Of a DNA stretch of 64,000 nucleotides, positions 16,133-31,100 are shown in pieces (the stretch's first letter is position 1; each line of letters begins with the position of its first letter). The notes below the pieces were generated by a model, which saw only the letters and a program-made list of their open reading frames with translations, ran no database searches and was not told the origin of the DNA. Source of the stretch: Patescibacteria group bacterium (GTDB lineage: Bacteria; Patescibacteriota; Patescibacteriia; UBA11705; DATKZF01); contig JBMORT010000006.1 in the NCBI GenBank assembly GCA_049319825.1, forward strand, positions 16,012 through 80,011. Reading direction: 5' to 3'. The translations under genes were made by a program, and so were the position numbers.

Positions 16133-19100
16133 TTGAAGAGTAGGCGGATTTCAAAACATTTGATGAATTCCCGAAATTCAAATTTCCACAAAACAAAGAA
16201 GACAAGGAACCGAAAGCTTGTTGTGTTTTTAATACTGGCAATGATTTTTAACTTGTCTTATTTTAATATTTCGTCAAAGCCGGCCGAGGCCGCGGCCAGC
16301 CAGTTCATCAATTATCAGGGCAAGCTGCTTGATACCAGCGGAATTGAGGTTGATAACGGTCAGTATCATGTTAGATTTAAAATGTACAATGCCGGAACCG
16401 GCGGCTCTCTGCTGTGGTCTGAAAGCTGGGATAACACCACTACTACGGCAACGGTCGATGCGGGATTATTCACTTTAAAATTGGGAGAAGTTAATCCTTT
16501 TCCGGCGACCTTGGATTTCCAAACAGAAAGCGAATACTGGTTGAGCGTGGAAATCGGCGGCTCCGGAGCGACGCCGACTTGGGATGGAGAGATGACGCCG
16601 AGAAAGGAAATTACCGCGGTGGCCTACGCGATGAACGCCGATAAACTTGACGGCAAGAGCGAGGAAGAGTTTGCCGATTTGAGCGAAGACGAAACGATCA
16701 CCGGGCAATACACGCATGACGTGGATGTATTTGACGGCGCGGCGTTAACGACAATTATCAACGCTTCAGACGATAACAGCGTGGACACTTTTTCTTCTTT
16801 GCAAGCCGACGCGGTGCAAAATTCCAATGACGGAGATAATTTATACGGCATATACGTCACGAATTTGCAGGGAACAGCCTCCACCGGCAATGAATACGCG
16901 ATATATCAAGCCGGCACCGGCTGGGATTACGGGTTGTATGTGGAAGATCAGGCGTATTTGGGACAAAATTTGCGCTTTAGCAGCAATTTCGATGTAAAGA
17001 ATACTATTATTGCCAGTGTGAATATAATGGATGTGCAGTCCATTGGAACGAACTCAATGGCTTTCCGAGTAATACCGGGCACAGCTCCCGCTTATTCGGC
17101 GCTGGGAGAAACGCAAGCTTCATTTTTCGAATTTCATCGAAATTCCAGCGGTACGGACAGAATGCTGCTGACTGCGCCGACCAATGCCACCAATGGCTAT
17201 CAATTTGTATCCTACGCCGCGCTTCCGGCGACTCCGGGGCCTTTCTCCTTCGGGTTTACCACCAGTTTGGCCGCGCCGCCGACTAAAGTCATGAATATTT
17301 TCAACACTGGGTCGGTTGGCATTAATACTTTTGGGCCGGATGCCAAGCTGGATGTGTTGGCCACATCTGGTGAGCAATTACGGCTGACATACACGGATGG
17401 TTCGGTTTATACCGGCTTCACCGTCAATTCGGACGGAGATTTGATTGTCGATGCCACCGGCAGTGATATTCGGCTCGCGACCGGAGATAATTTATGGGTC
17501 GCTTCATCGGCTGACATTGTGATTGGCAATACTTATCTAGGTGAATCTACCGCTCAGATCGATAGCGGCGCGTATAATGTGGGAGTGTATAACGGCAATT
17601 TAACATACTCGACCAATACGAATGTTCAGCAGGTGCTTGAAGATTTGGATACGGCGATTGGTTCCGCCGGCAGCAAATGGACGGATGCGGGAAGTTACAC
17701 TTATTTAACGGCTACGACCGATAATTTAGTAGTGGGTTCAAACGCGACGGCTGATGCTGAGTTATTTATGGACGTTGCTGATAAACGGTTACACATCGGC
17801 AGCGGATATATTGATTTCGATTTTACAGGTTCCGGCAACACGGCTGTCGGAGATGATTCTTTATATTCCATTACTAATGGTACCCATAATTCATCTATTG
17901 GTTATCAAGCCATGTACTATTTGACATCTGGCTATGACAATACGGCACTGGGATATCAGGCATTAAGAATAGACAGTTCCGGAACTGGAGGACAATCTTT
18001 TGGCAACACAGCCATTGGTAGTTTAGCTTTATCCAGTATTAATACATCCGCGGCTGTGTACAATACCGCTATCGGCGTTTCATCACTCCAGAATAATACG
18101 ACAGGTTTGGCAAATACTGCTATCGGTGCGTTAGCACTCGATTCAAATGTCATTGGTGCATCCAATGTCGCTTTAGGTTATTCAACACTTCAGGCGAATG
18201 TCAGCGGAGATTATAACGTAGCTTTAGGTGCAGAGGCACTAGACTCATTGACCTCTGCAGATGCTAATATTGCCATCGGTTACAAGGCTATGGATTCAAC
18301 AACGACTGGTCAGTATAACGTGGCATTAGGCCATCAATCTCTGCGAGCTAATATTAGCGCCGACTATTCTACAGCACTGGGCTATCAGGCGCTCTACAGC
18401 AATACGGCGTCGAATATCACAGCCGTGGGCGCGCAAGCCATGTACTCAAACGGCACGGGAACAGAAAATGTGGCGATGGGTTATCAATCACTATATTCAA
18501 ACGACTCAGGCGATCAGCACACAGCAATCGGCTATCAATCATTGTACTCATTATCGGCGAATGTGGATGATAATACAGCTGTTGGATACAGAGCAATGTA
18601 TTCGAATTTAGCTGGAGGTCAGAGCACAGCTATCGGTTCGCAGGCACTTTATAACGCGTTGGCGCCGGGCTACAGCACGGCAGTGGGCTACCAAGCTTTA
18701 TACGCGACCACGACCGGAGATTACAATATCGCCGTGGGAAACCAATCGATGGTAGCCAATACGACGGGCAGCGACAACGTCTCTATTGGAGTAAATGCGC
18801 TGGATTCAAACACTACGGGAAATTACAATATAGCGATCGGCCGCCAATCGCTGCAGGCAAACATTAGTGCCGACTATTCTACAGCACTGGGCTATCAGGC
18901 GCTCTACAGCAATACGGCGTCGAATATCACAGCCGTGGGCGCGCAAGCCATGTACTCAAACGGCACGGGAACAGAAAATGTGGCGATGGGTTATCAATCA
19001 CTATATTCAAACGACTCAGGCGATCAGCACACAGCAATCGGCTATCAATCATTGTACTCATTATCGGCGAATGTGGATGATAATACAGCTGTTGGATACA

Positions 19101-22100
19101 GAGCAATGTATTCGAATTTAGCTGGAGGTCAGAGCACAGCTATCGGTTCGCAGGCACTTTATAACGCGTTGGCGCCGGGCTACAGCACGGCAGTGGGCTA
19201 CCAAGCTTTATACGCGACCACGACCGGAGATTACAATATCGCCGTGGGAAACCAATCGATGGTAGCCAATACGACGGGCAGCGACAACGTCTCTATTGGA
19301 GTAAATGCGCTGGATTCAAACACTACGGGAAATTACAATATAGCGATCGGCCGCCAATCGCTGCAGGCAAACATTAGTGCCGACTATTCTACAGCACTGG
19401 GCTATCAGGCGCTCTACAGCAATACGGCGTCGAATATCACAGCCGTGGGCGCGCAAGCTTTATACTCTAATACATCTGGTACAGGAAACGCCGCTTTAGG
19501 GTACCAGTCTCTATATTCCAATACTTCGGGAAATAACAATTCCGCCTTTGGTTATCAGTCATTGTTCAGTCATGCCTCTGGTAATGATGGTAATACAGCA
19601 ATGGGATATCGTTCAATGTATTCAATGACCGCGGGAGCGTTAAATACATCAATCGGAACAGAGGCTTTATACAGCGCTTTAAGCACGTCGGGAAATGTGG
19701 CAATCGGTTATCGCGCTGGTTATTTTGAAACCGGAAACAATCGTTTATTTATTGATAACAATTCACGATCTGACGAAGCTACCGGAAGGGTAAGATCTTT
19801 AATTTATGGCGAATTTGCCTCTGCAACCGCCGATCAATTATTAAGAATAAACGGATTGACTCAAATTCAAGGTCATTTGATACCATACCAAGATAATTTT
19901 TATAATATCGGATCCGCAGATTACCGTTGGAATAATTTATATGTGGATGATGCTTATGTGTTAAAAGGAGCGACGAATATCAATTTAGAGTCCAGCGGCA
20001 CCCCAACAACATCTGGAGCATATGCTATTGGAGCCAATGATGAGTTTACATACTCAGATTCGACTAATGTTCAGGATGTTCTAGATGATTTGGATGCAGC
20101 ATTGGCTTCCGCCGGCAGCAAATGGACGGATGCGGGAGACTTCACTCACTTAACCTCAACAATCGATGACGTGGTGATCGGCGCGTCAACCACTGAAGAC
20201 GCGGTGTTCTGGTTTGATGTAACGGATAACGCGGAAAAGTTTTCAATTGACGCGTCATCGGACGCGCATACCACCGCCGCGCTTGATATTGATTTTCGCG
20301 GCGATGCCAATAATTTAAAAGTGGTTGATATATATGCCGGATCAGCCAGCGGTCTATCTGCCAATTCATTTCTGTTCGGACAATCAATTACTTTAGGATA
20401 TAACGCCGGTGACGCGGCGGGCACTTATCGAATCGCCAACAATGTTGACGTGAACGGCACTAACGCTACTTCAGATATAATTGGATACGCTTTTTTCGAT
20501 AATACTCAAACCGGACAAGATGGGTTATCCGGTGTCGGGTCGGCGACCGGAGCTTATTCGCTGATTTCTCATTCCGGCAGCGGCAGTTTGACCGGTTTTC
20601 AAAATTATTTGTGGCACACGGGCAGTGGCAGCGTTACCGGATTCGGCGGATCGACATCTAGTTCCGGCAGCGGCACAGTTTATGCCGCCAACCCGCAGGT
20701 TTATGGTTTGTCCGGATTTTCCGGTTCGCTTTACGGCTATCGAACATCCATGACCAACAGCAGCGGTTCTACACAGAACATGCTGGGTTTTGATATAAAT
20801 GTGACCAATAATGCCGGCGCTTCGGCCGACAGTTTATGGGGAGGCAAAATAACGGTAAAGGCTTCGGGGACGGAAGATACCGCCGCTTACGGATTGCAGG
20901 TGGTTTCCGATACTGATTTAATTGATAGTTTGATTAATTTGGCGGTCGTCAACGGCGGCTCGGCCGGTTATGGTTTTGATATGAATGGCGCGACAATCGC
21001 GACCGCGGATATCAGATTGTCCAACGGATCAACAATAGATAATCTGACATCAACGGTCGTTGCTTTCAGTGACGGTATCAGAATCGGAAACACTGCGGAC
21101 ACCACGGCCGGAAACATCCGCTGGTCCGGCGCGGATTTTGAGGGCTATAACGGCGCGGGTTGGCAGAGCCTGACATCCGGCGGCGGATCACTCTGGACAG
21201 ATGCCGGCACATACACTTACCTGACGGCCACGCAGGATGATTTGCTCGTCGGTTCAAGTAATAATGCCAGCCGGCCGCTTTATTTCGATGTCAGCAACAT
21301 GTCGCTGGAAATCGGATCGGGCGACACGTTAAACGCCCGGCTTTATATGTATTCGCAGGATGGGGATTCCGGATTGATCGAATATGCCGCTTCGGATCGA
21401 TTTGAATTTTACGATCAGATTTGGGTTCAGGGTTATATTGATTTCGATAACGCTTCCGCCGATACGGCTGTCGGTTACGTGGCTCTGAATTCCAATACCA
21501 CCGGCACCGATAATTCGGCTTTCGGTTACCAAGCGCTCGTCAGCAATACTACGGGTTCATATAATACCGGCATCGGCGCATCCTCATTGATCAGCAACAA
21601 CACCGGATTGGCTAATACGGCCTTGGGAGCTTCTTCATTGTTCTCCAATCAAGGAGGGTCGAATAATACCGCCATCGGCGTCAGCGCCTTATATTCGAAT
21701 GTTTCCGGTGCCAGCAATGTGGCGATCGGTTCCGGTGCTCTAGGTGCGAGCGTCGGAGAAGATTATAATGTGGCCATCGGCGCGGCCGCGCTGGCTAACA
21801 GTTCCGGCGGTACCGCCAACTCGGTAATCGGTTTTCAGAGTTTAACCAATAATATAATTGGAGATTATAATTCCGCCTTGGGTTATCGGTCTCTTTATAA
21901 TGCCACCGGCGATTATAATGTGGCTATCGGTTCTGACTCATTATTTTCGAACATTAACGGAGACAGCAATATCGCCATCGGCTCATACGCCGGATACCAT
22001 GAAACGGGCAGCAATACTTTATATATAGACTCTATTTATCGCTCTAATGAGGCTGATGGCCAGGTAAAGTCGCTAATCTATGGAGAATTCGCCTCAGCCA

Positions 22101-25100
22101 CAGCCGATCAATTGTTCCGAATTAACGGCAATATGGAGGTTCAGGGAAACCTGTCGCCATTGGCCGATGACGTTTATAATCTGGGCTCAGCCGATTCCAG
22201 ATGGGCGAATTTATATCTGGGCCCCGCGTCTTTATACATCGGTCAGAATGGTAATGATTATTCCATTTCTTATAACACCGGATCCAGCGCGTTGGTATTC
22301 AATGAGTCGGGAGCGGATCGGGACATCAGGATTGAAGGCGACACCGACACCAATCTGTTTTTCGTGAATGCCGGCAGCGACCGAATTGGCATTGGATTAA
22401 ATAATCCGGCGGAAAAATTGGAAGTCAGCGGCGCGATCAAGCTGGGAACAACTTCAAATACCAATGCCGGCACCATCCGCTGGACCGGCGCGGATTTTGA
22501 GGGCTATGACGGCGCGGGCTGGCAGAGCCTGACATCCGGCGGCGGATCCTTATGGACGGATGTTGGAGACTTCACTCACTTAACCTCGACAATCGACGAC
22601 GTCGTGATCGGATCAGACGCGACCGAAGACGCAGTATTTTGGTTTGATGTTACCGATGGGGCCGAAAAATTGACCATAGACGCTTCAAGCGATGCTCATT
22701 CATCCGCTGTCGCGTTCGACGTTAATTTTCGAGGGAGCGCGAACAATTTGAAAGCCGTGGATATTTACGCCGGTTCTTCAGCCGGGTTGACCGGCGCGTA
22801 TAATAATTTAATGGGACAAAACATCACCGTCGGTATAAATGCCGCGGATCAGGCCGGCACCATGCGCATCGGCAGCAACGTCAATATCGATGGCACCAAT
22901 GCCACCGCTGATGTTGTCGGCTATACTTTTTGGGATTTCGTTGACACCGGTCAAGGCGGCTTTACTGGCGTTGGATCGGCCACTGGGTTATATCCAATAA
23001 TGAATCATACCGGTAGCGGCAGTTTGTACGGAGTGAATAATTACTTAAGACATTCGGGATCGGGCAGTCTTTACGTTTCCGCCGCGCAAGCGCTGGGAGC
23101 CTCGGGATTCACCGGTTCCTTATACGGAAATTCATTGACCATGGTCAATCAAGCCGGGAGCAACGCGCAAAACATAATGGGGTTTGATCTTAATGTCACC
23201 AATTCGTCTTCGGCCACCGCAGACAGCGTTATCGGCGGCAAGATAACGGTCGACGCCTCCGGCGCGGAAGATATCGCGGCTTACGGATTGCAGGTAGTTT
23301 CCAAAAACGCGCTGGTAGACAGTTTTATCTATTTGGCGAGCCAAACCGGCGGCTCCGCCGGCTACGGCTTGGATATGAACGGCGCGACAATCGCCACCGC
23401 GGATATCAGATTGTCCGGCGGATCGACAATTGATAATTCGACGTCAACGATAATCGCTTTCAGCGACGGCATCAGAATCGGAAACACTGCGGACACCACG
23501 GCCGGAAACATCCGCTGGTCCGGCGCGGATTTTGAGGGCTATGACGGCGCGGGCTGGCAGAGCCTGACATCCGGCGGCGGATCCTTATGGACGGATGCCG
23601 GAGCGTTTACATATTTAACCGCCACCACCGATGACATGGTGGTCGGCTCGGCCGCCACTTCGGACGCGGAGCTGTGGTTTAATGTCAGCGGCAAGAGATT
23701 GACTATCGGATCGGGGTATGTTGATTTCGATTATGGAACCGGCACGGACAACGTGGGCATCGGCAGCAATACTTTAACGGCGATCACTACAGGAAGTTAC
23801 AATATCGGCATCGGCACCGGCGCCTTGCAGGCGGCGACGGATAATAATGGCCTGACCGCTGTCGGTTATCAGGCGTTATATACGAATTCATCGATCGGAA
23901 CAAATAATACCGCTGTTGGTTACAGAGCATTATATCTTAATAACGGCGGTGATTTTAACACCGCGCTTGGATACGAAGCGCTTGATGCCAATGTGAGCGG
24001 GTCAAATAGTGTGGCGATCGGGTACCGCGCGCTTACCAATAGCACCGGAAGCGGAAATGTGGCGGTCGGTTCCGAGGCGCTGTTATCCGCCGTCGGCTCA
24101 ACCAATATCGTCGCGATTGGATATGGCGCTGTTCAGGATCTCACATCGAACGGAGAAGTTGTCGGCGTAGGATATAATTCGCTGGCAAACGCGACTGGCG
24201 CCGGAAACACGGCAATTGGATACATCGCCGGACAAGGAAACGCCGCGTCGGCTACAGGGACGGCCAACACTGCTGTGGGCAGAGGCACATTATCGTCTTT
24301 TTCAACCGGAAATAATAATGTGGCTGTTGGGTATAACGCGTTGGATCAATTGAGTACCGGTACTTATAATATTGCCCTCGGCACCAATGCTTTGGGCGCG
24401 GCGGTGACCGGAAGCAATAACATTGCTATCGGCAACAGCTCATCACTCTTAAACACGTCCGGGATTGATAATATCGCTTTAGGATTTTTCGCGTTAAGCA
24501 CTAATACCGCAGGCCAGGGGAATGTCGGAATCGGACGCAATTCTTTAAGAAACGGCACTGGCAGTTATAATGTTGCGCTGGGCTATGAAGCTGGTTATCG
24601 GGAAACTGGCAGCAATACATTATATATAGATAATCAGGACAGAGGCAATGAAGCCTCTGGCGAGGCCGAATCCTTGATTTATGGCGTGTTTGATAATGTC
24701 GTGTCCAGTCAATTATTCAGGATAAATGCTCCAACGCAAGTTCAGGGAAACTTAATTCCATATCATGATAATGTTTATAATTTAGGCAGCCCAAGCAACC
24801 GCTGGAACAATATTTACACCGACAGAATGATTATGAGTTCCAATGCCGATCTCTATTTTGACGGCACCGATATTTTCTTCAGGAATTTTGAAACCAATGG
24901 AGACATCACCTTGGACGCGACCTCAACCGGCACCGGCAATGTCATTGTCGTCGCCGATAACTGGGCGGTCAACAGCAGCGGCAACATGTCCATTAACGGA
25001 GACATGACCGTGACCGGCGGAGATTTGAATCTTTCATCGGATATCCGGCTGCATGTCAGCGGCGATGATTTGCAGATTCAAAACGCTGCCACTGGCGGAG

Positions 25101-28100
25101 ATATATATTTGGATCCGACATACAACGGCTCCAGCGGATTCGTTTTTGTCAGCGGTGATTTGATGCCGGTTTACGATGATACTTTTGACATTGGATCCCC
25201 GGATCTGCGCTGGCAGGACGGATATTTTTCCGGGCAGGTTTATGTCGGCAATACATTAGAAATTTCAGATGATGGATTTTACGATACTGATAGCGCCATC
25301 GGTTTTTTCCCCGATGGACAGCTGACCAGAGGGTTGGCAATTACCGACGATGTGACTGTGGGTTTGGCTATTACCACCAATGCCAGCACAAATTTGACCA
25401 TTTTGCCAAACAACGCCGATTTGGACGTGCGTCCGACAGCTAATAGCACTGACTTTTTTCAAGTGCAAAATGCCGCCGGCACAGCGATATTTAACGTTGA
25501 CAGCTCCAATTCACGAGTCGGCATCAATACGGCCGCGCCGGATTACGCGCTGGATGTCGCCGGATCTGTCGGCATGGACGATTATATATATCATAACGGC
25601 GACAGCAATACGTATTTGGGATTTTCCGCGGACGATACGCTGGTGGTTTATTCTTATGGGGTGAAGTTGATGGAATATTACAGTTCCTCGGCTTTATCCA
25701 ATTCCGTCACCGGTAACCCCGATAACAATCGGGTGAACTTCGTTTGGGACGGGGACACCAACGACAGTCTATTCCGCATCGCCGCGCTTCAGGAGCAAAT
25801 CGGCATTGGCGCCACCGGCGGCGCGGCCAGCATGGACGGCAAGCTGGTCGTTTATCAGACAGCGACCGCTGATATATTTAATTTGTATGATGGGTCGGAT
25901 AATGTTTTCACGGTGACTGACGGCGGCAATGTCGGCATCAGGCAAACCTCGCCAGCCAGTGATTTTGAAATATTGTCAGACAACAGTACCACGGGCGCGA
26001 CAATGCAGCTCAGACGAAACGATGGCGCCGTGCTTGATGGAGATGATTTGGGATATTTGTATTTTTCAGGATTGGATAGCGGCGACACACTCAACGCCAC
26101 TGGCGCGTACATAAAAGCTGAGGCCACAGATACCTGGGGCGACGCATCCGATCCGGATGACGCGCCGACAGCTATGCATTTTTATACCCAAAACGACGGC
26201 ACTGGCAATAACATGACTTTCCCGATGATGACGATATATGAAGATATCGGCGTTGGCTTATTGCTTAACGGCAATTTGCCGCAGGCGACTTTTCACATGG
26301 AAACCAATAAAAACGGCTATGGCATCCGGATGGAAGAGTATCTCGGCGGCGGCGCCGGCGATTACTGGGAATGGGGAGTCAACGCCGCCGGTGATTTGAA
26401 TTGGAACGACAACGGCACGACCAGAATTTCATATAAAAACGGTGGCGATGTGGGCATCGGCACCAGCGGGCCCGGCGCTAAATTGGAGATTTATGATAAT
26501 GACGATGTCGGCGTGGCATTGGAAGTCAATAGCGACGAGTCGGATACGGCCGCGCAAAATGTTTTTCAAATCAGAACTGATTATAATGCCGCCGATGATT
26601 TGGTGTTTGTGGTCGATGCCGATGGCACGGTCCGAAACGATAATGGCACCTACACTACCGGCGCCGACTACGCGGAATATTTTTGGACAGCTGACATGAC
26701 TTTGGCCACGGCCGACGTGGTTTGCATCGATCCGACGCACAATAACGCGGTTTCCAAATGTTCCGGCGCCAATGACGCCAATATTTTGGGCGTTGTTTCC
26801 ACTAACCCGGCCTTCATCGGCAACGCGGGATCAAACTGGATATTTGACGGTGATCCGAATTATGTGATCATCGGTTTGGTCGGTCAAGTGCCGATTCGGG
26901 TCAGCAATGAAAACGGCCCGATCAGCGTTGGCGATTATTTAACGTCTTCGTCCACTCCGGGCGTGGCCATGAAAGCCGACCCCGGCAGCCCGACAGTCGG
27001 TATCGCCATCGAGCCGCTGACGGCGGGCGCCGGCATCATCAAAGTCGTGATTTCCAGAAATAACGGCAGCAATACTTTCTGGGCTGCCGGCAACAATGGC
27101 ATTTATCAAAACAATTTGCCAACGATTATCGGTCCGGATGCCGCTTTCAGCTATGTGCAGAGCGCGGCCGCCGGAGATCTGCAGATCGCCGATGATTTTG
27201 AAGCCAGAGGCGACGGCTATGTCGGCGCGAATATGATTGTCGGCGCTTCGACATCGGCCGCGGAGACATTGGCTAACGCCGGGTTTGCGATGAACGGCAA
27301 TGATTTGTTTGTGGCCGGCGATGCGGGCATTGAAGGCAATATTTATACTGACGGCTCGTTTATCGCCGGACCGGGTACCACCACTTACAGCGACGGCTCG
27401 ATTACTTCGACAAATACGATGACCATCACTTCAAATACCGGAGACCTGACGCTCGACTCTGGTTCCGGCACATTGAAGCTCGGCGCCGGCACGAATGCAA
27501 TATCAAATTCTGATGCGGGCGCAGATTTAACATTAAATTCGAACGGAGACATCAATTTCTTCAATTCAAATAATTCAATTGATTCCGGCGGCAATTTGAA
27601 TCTGGCCGGCGATATTAATATCGGCGGATCGCTAGTCGTTAATGATATGAGGCTGGGAGATATCGACATCGCTAACGGCGCAATAGCCAGCACGGGCGAT
27701 TTGACCATCGCTTCTGGCGCCAGCCAGGATCTGACGCTTGATTCCGATTCGGGAACGCTCAAGCTCGGCGCGGGCACCAATGAAATCTCCAATACTGACG
27801 CCAGCGCGGATCTGACCATCAAATCCGAAGGCAACATCAATTTCTTCGACGCCAATACATTCATTGATAAAGACGGGAACCTGACTCTGGCCGGCCAGCT
27901 GCAGGCGGCCATGGATGTTATCGCTCAGCAGAACGTGATTATAAAAAATCAGCTTGAGGTGGATCAAATCGCCGCTGATGATCGGCAAGAAATCACCGTC
28001 ATGGACGAGATGGTTTTTGAGCAGGGATTAAAGGTCTCGGCCAAAACGGACACGACAGTCGCCGGCACGCAAGTCAACGTCGCCGGATTCGGCAATGCCA

Positions 28101-31100
28101 ACAACCAGACATCGCGCGCGGCCGCGGTTTACAACGGCAAGCTTTATGTCGGCACATACAACACTTCAAACGGAGCCGGGCTTTGGGCATACGACGGTTC
28201 GAACTGGGCATCGGTTGATACTAACGGCTTTGGCAATGCCAACAATACTTCAATTAATTCAATGATCGCCTATGGCGGCGGTTTAATCGTGGGCACGAGA
28301 AATACGAACAAGGCCGAGGTTTGGATATGTGACGATACGGATACTTGCTCGCAGCAAAATTTAGGAGCGACTTTTGACGGTAATAACGACGCGGCGCAGG
28401 CAATGACCGTTTATAACGGCAAATTATTCATGGGCACGGACAATGCCATTGATAACAGTGAAATTTGGCAGTTTATCGACACCAATAATTGGTTAATGGC
28501 CGATAACACCAACGGGTTTTTAAGCACGTATCAAAATGACGCCTTGACGGCGCTGCTGAGCATTGGCTCACAGCTTAATAATGAAGGATTATTGGCCGGT
28601 ACCAAAAATAACAGCGGCGCGCAGATTTGGCGAAGAGGATCAAATTTCACCTGGACCAGAATCGATAATAGTTCATTCGGCGATATCAATAACGTGGAGG
28701 TGATGGCCATGACCGCATATAACGGTCAGGTGTTCGCCGCCACCAAAAATTCCAGCGGTTGTCGAGTTTATAAACAGCGAGAAGAAAGCACCAGCTGGGA
28801 CGCGGCCGGCAGCGCGGGATTGATAAATTCGGCCTATACCGAATGTCGTTCCATTGTCGTCTATAATGGCGATTTGTACGCATTATTAGGCAAGACTTCG
28901 GGCGCGGGCATGGCCGTGGCCAAATATAACGCTATGGCCAACAGCTGGTCCGCGGTTTATACCAATGCCAGCGACCTGGCCGGTTATTGGTTGCAAACAT
29001 TCGGCGAAAAGTTGTATTTTGCCGCTGAAAGCTCCGGTCAAGTGAAAGTATTTGAATATAATGAAAATAAGAATCTGTCCCAGTCGATTGAATTCATGGC
29101 CAATGGCGAAACGGCCGCCTTATACTTTAAATCCGACGCGGCCGGCGACGCCAATATCGGCCAGCAATCGGCGGGTGCGTTTATCATGACCCATACGTTG
29201 ATCACCAATTCCGGCGCTTATGACTTGGCCGAAGATTGGCCGACGGAAGACCCGGGGATCGAAGCCGGCGACGTGGTGGCCGTTGACCCGTTCAATAAAG
29301 CCCACGTGATCAAGGGTTCGAAAGATAACAGCGCGGTGGGCATAATTTCCACTGAACCGGGCTATATTTTGTCACAAAAAGCCGATGGTCGAATTTACCG
29401 TCCGGTGGCTTTGGCCGGCCGGGTACCGGTAAAAATAAGCAATGAAAACGGGCCGGTTAAGGCGGGAGATTTATTGACACCGGCGTCAATACCGGGTTAT
29501 GCGATGAAATTGATCGGATCCGGGCCGGTGATCGGCAAAGCTTTGGAAGATTACGATTTCAGCGCCGCCGGCGATTCGTACGAGGTATCCCAAGAATTGC
29601 AATCCGCGGCTCAGCAATTTGACGAAATCGCGGAAAATACGATGAAGCTGGTTGAAAATACGGAAGAAGTGGTCAGCTCTTTAAATCAGACCAAGCAAGA
29701 ATTATTGAGCATTGAAAATAATCAGGAATTAACAGCTCAAGAAAAAGACCAGTTGATCAATGAACTATCCGGGGAAATAGAAAATGTGGCGGTCGCTTTG
29801 GAAATAGATGATCAGGCCATTACCGACATCAGCGACAGCGCCGATATCGTTGATGTACAAAATCAAATAATTGAAAAGGCCCAGGAATTGGAGAATCAGG
29901 CGATGCAGGCGGAAATCGCCAAGAGCCAACTGATTCAGCCCATGGCCAAAGATCCGGGCAAGGGCAGAATTATGGCATTGGTGATGAACAGTTATTATTT
30001 TGAATCAACCGACGGCCAGACAGCCGGTCAATTGGCCGCTGGTTCGGCGGCCATCGATCCGCAATCTGTCGCGAGCGTTGACTTCGCTGAAATATTAACT
30101 GTTGCCGGCGATGGAGCGATTGAATTGGCCTCGAGCGTCAGAATATACGGCGATTTATATGTTAATGGCAATTTGGTGGTGACCGGCGATATCGATCTGG
30201 CGGGTAATTTAAAAATCGGAGATAAAATATATATATCCAATCAAATGTCCGGCACGGCGCTGATCGCCTCCGCGGACGCGACTGCGGTCGAAGTGAAGTT
30301 TGATACTCCATACGAAGAAATACCGAGAATCACCGTCACGCCGGAACTGCTGGGATTAACGGCCGATGAAAATATATTTGATGTTTGGGATGGTCGGTAC
30401 ATCATTACCGATAAATCGACTGAGGGATTTACCATTAATATCGCCAACGCGCTTTGCGTGTCCGCCGGCGCGTCAGCTGATGTTGTCGGTTGTCAGCATC
30501 ATTTAAGGTTTGATTGGGTGGCGTTTGGAGTTGTTTCCGATGAAGAATCGCTGGCGCAGATGGTCGAGATGACCGCCAAACCGGCCAGTACCGATAAAGA
30601 GCCGCCATCGATTGACCCTGCGGTCAAAGTAATCATTCGAAACGGCGCCAATTTAGACACCACCGATATCGGCAACAGCTTGATTGGCCTGGGATACGCT
30701 GTTTACAAAGGCGCCGACACGATCAGTTATTACTCCACCTCCAGAATATTGGTGCTGAATTCGCAGCTGTCGCCGTCCGTGCTCAACGAAATTAGGTTCT
30801 TAATCGGCGGTGAGATAGAGTACGCCTCAGCAGCCGGTGAATATGGCGATAGCGACGTGGTAATTTTCTTGGGAGAGGATTTAACCAAAGATGTGTTCAC
30901 CTACGATCAGCAGAAATTATTGGATTCAAATATAACCGACGAAATCCCACCGCTGCCCGCACCGATCGCCGAAACGGCGTCGAGCGACGACACGTTGTCC
31001 GAACAAGCGAATAACGATCAACCCATTCTCAGTGCGGCTGACGGGGCGGTTGAAGATGAAGAAACGCCGATCAATGTCGACGGTCAAATTTCGGATTCGA

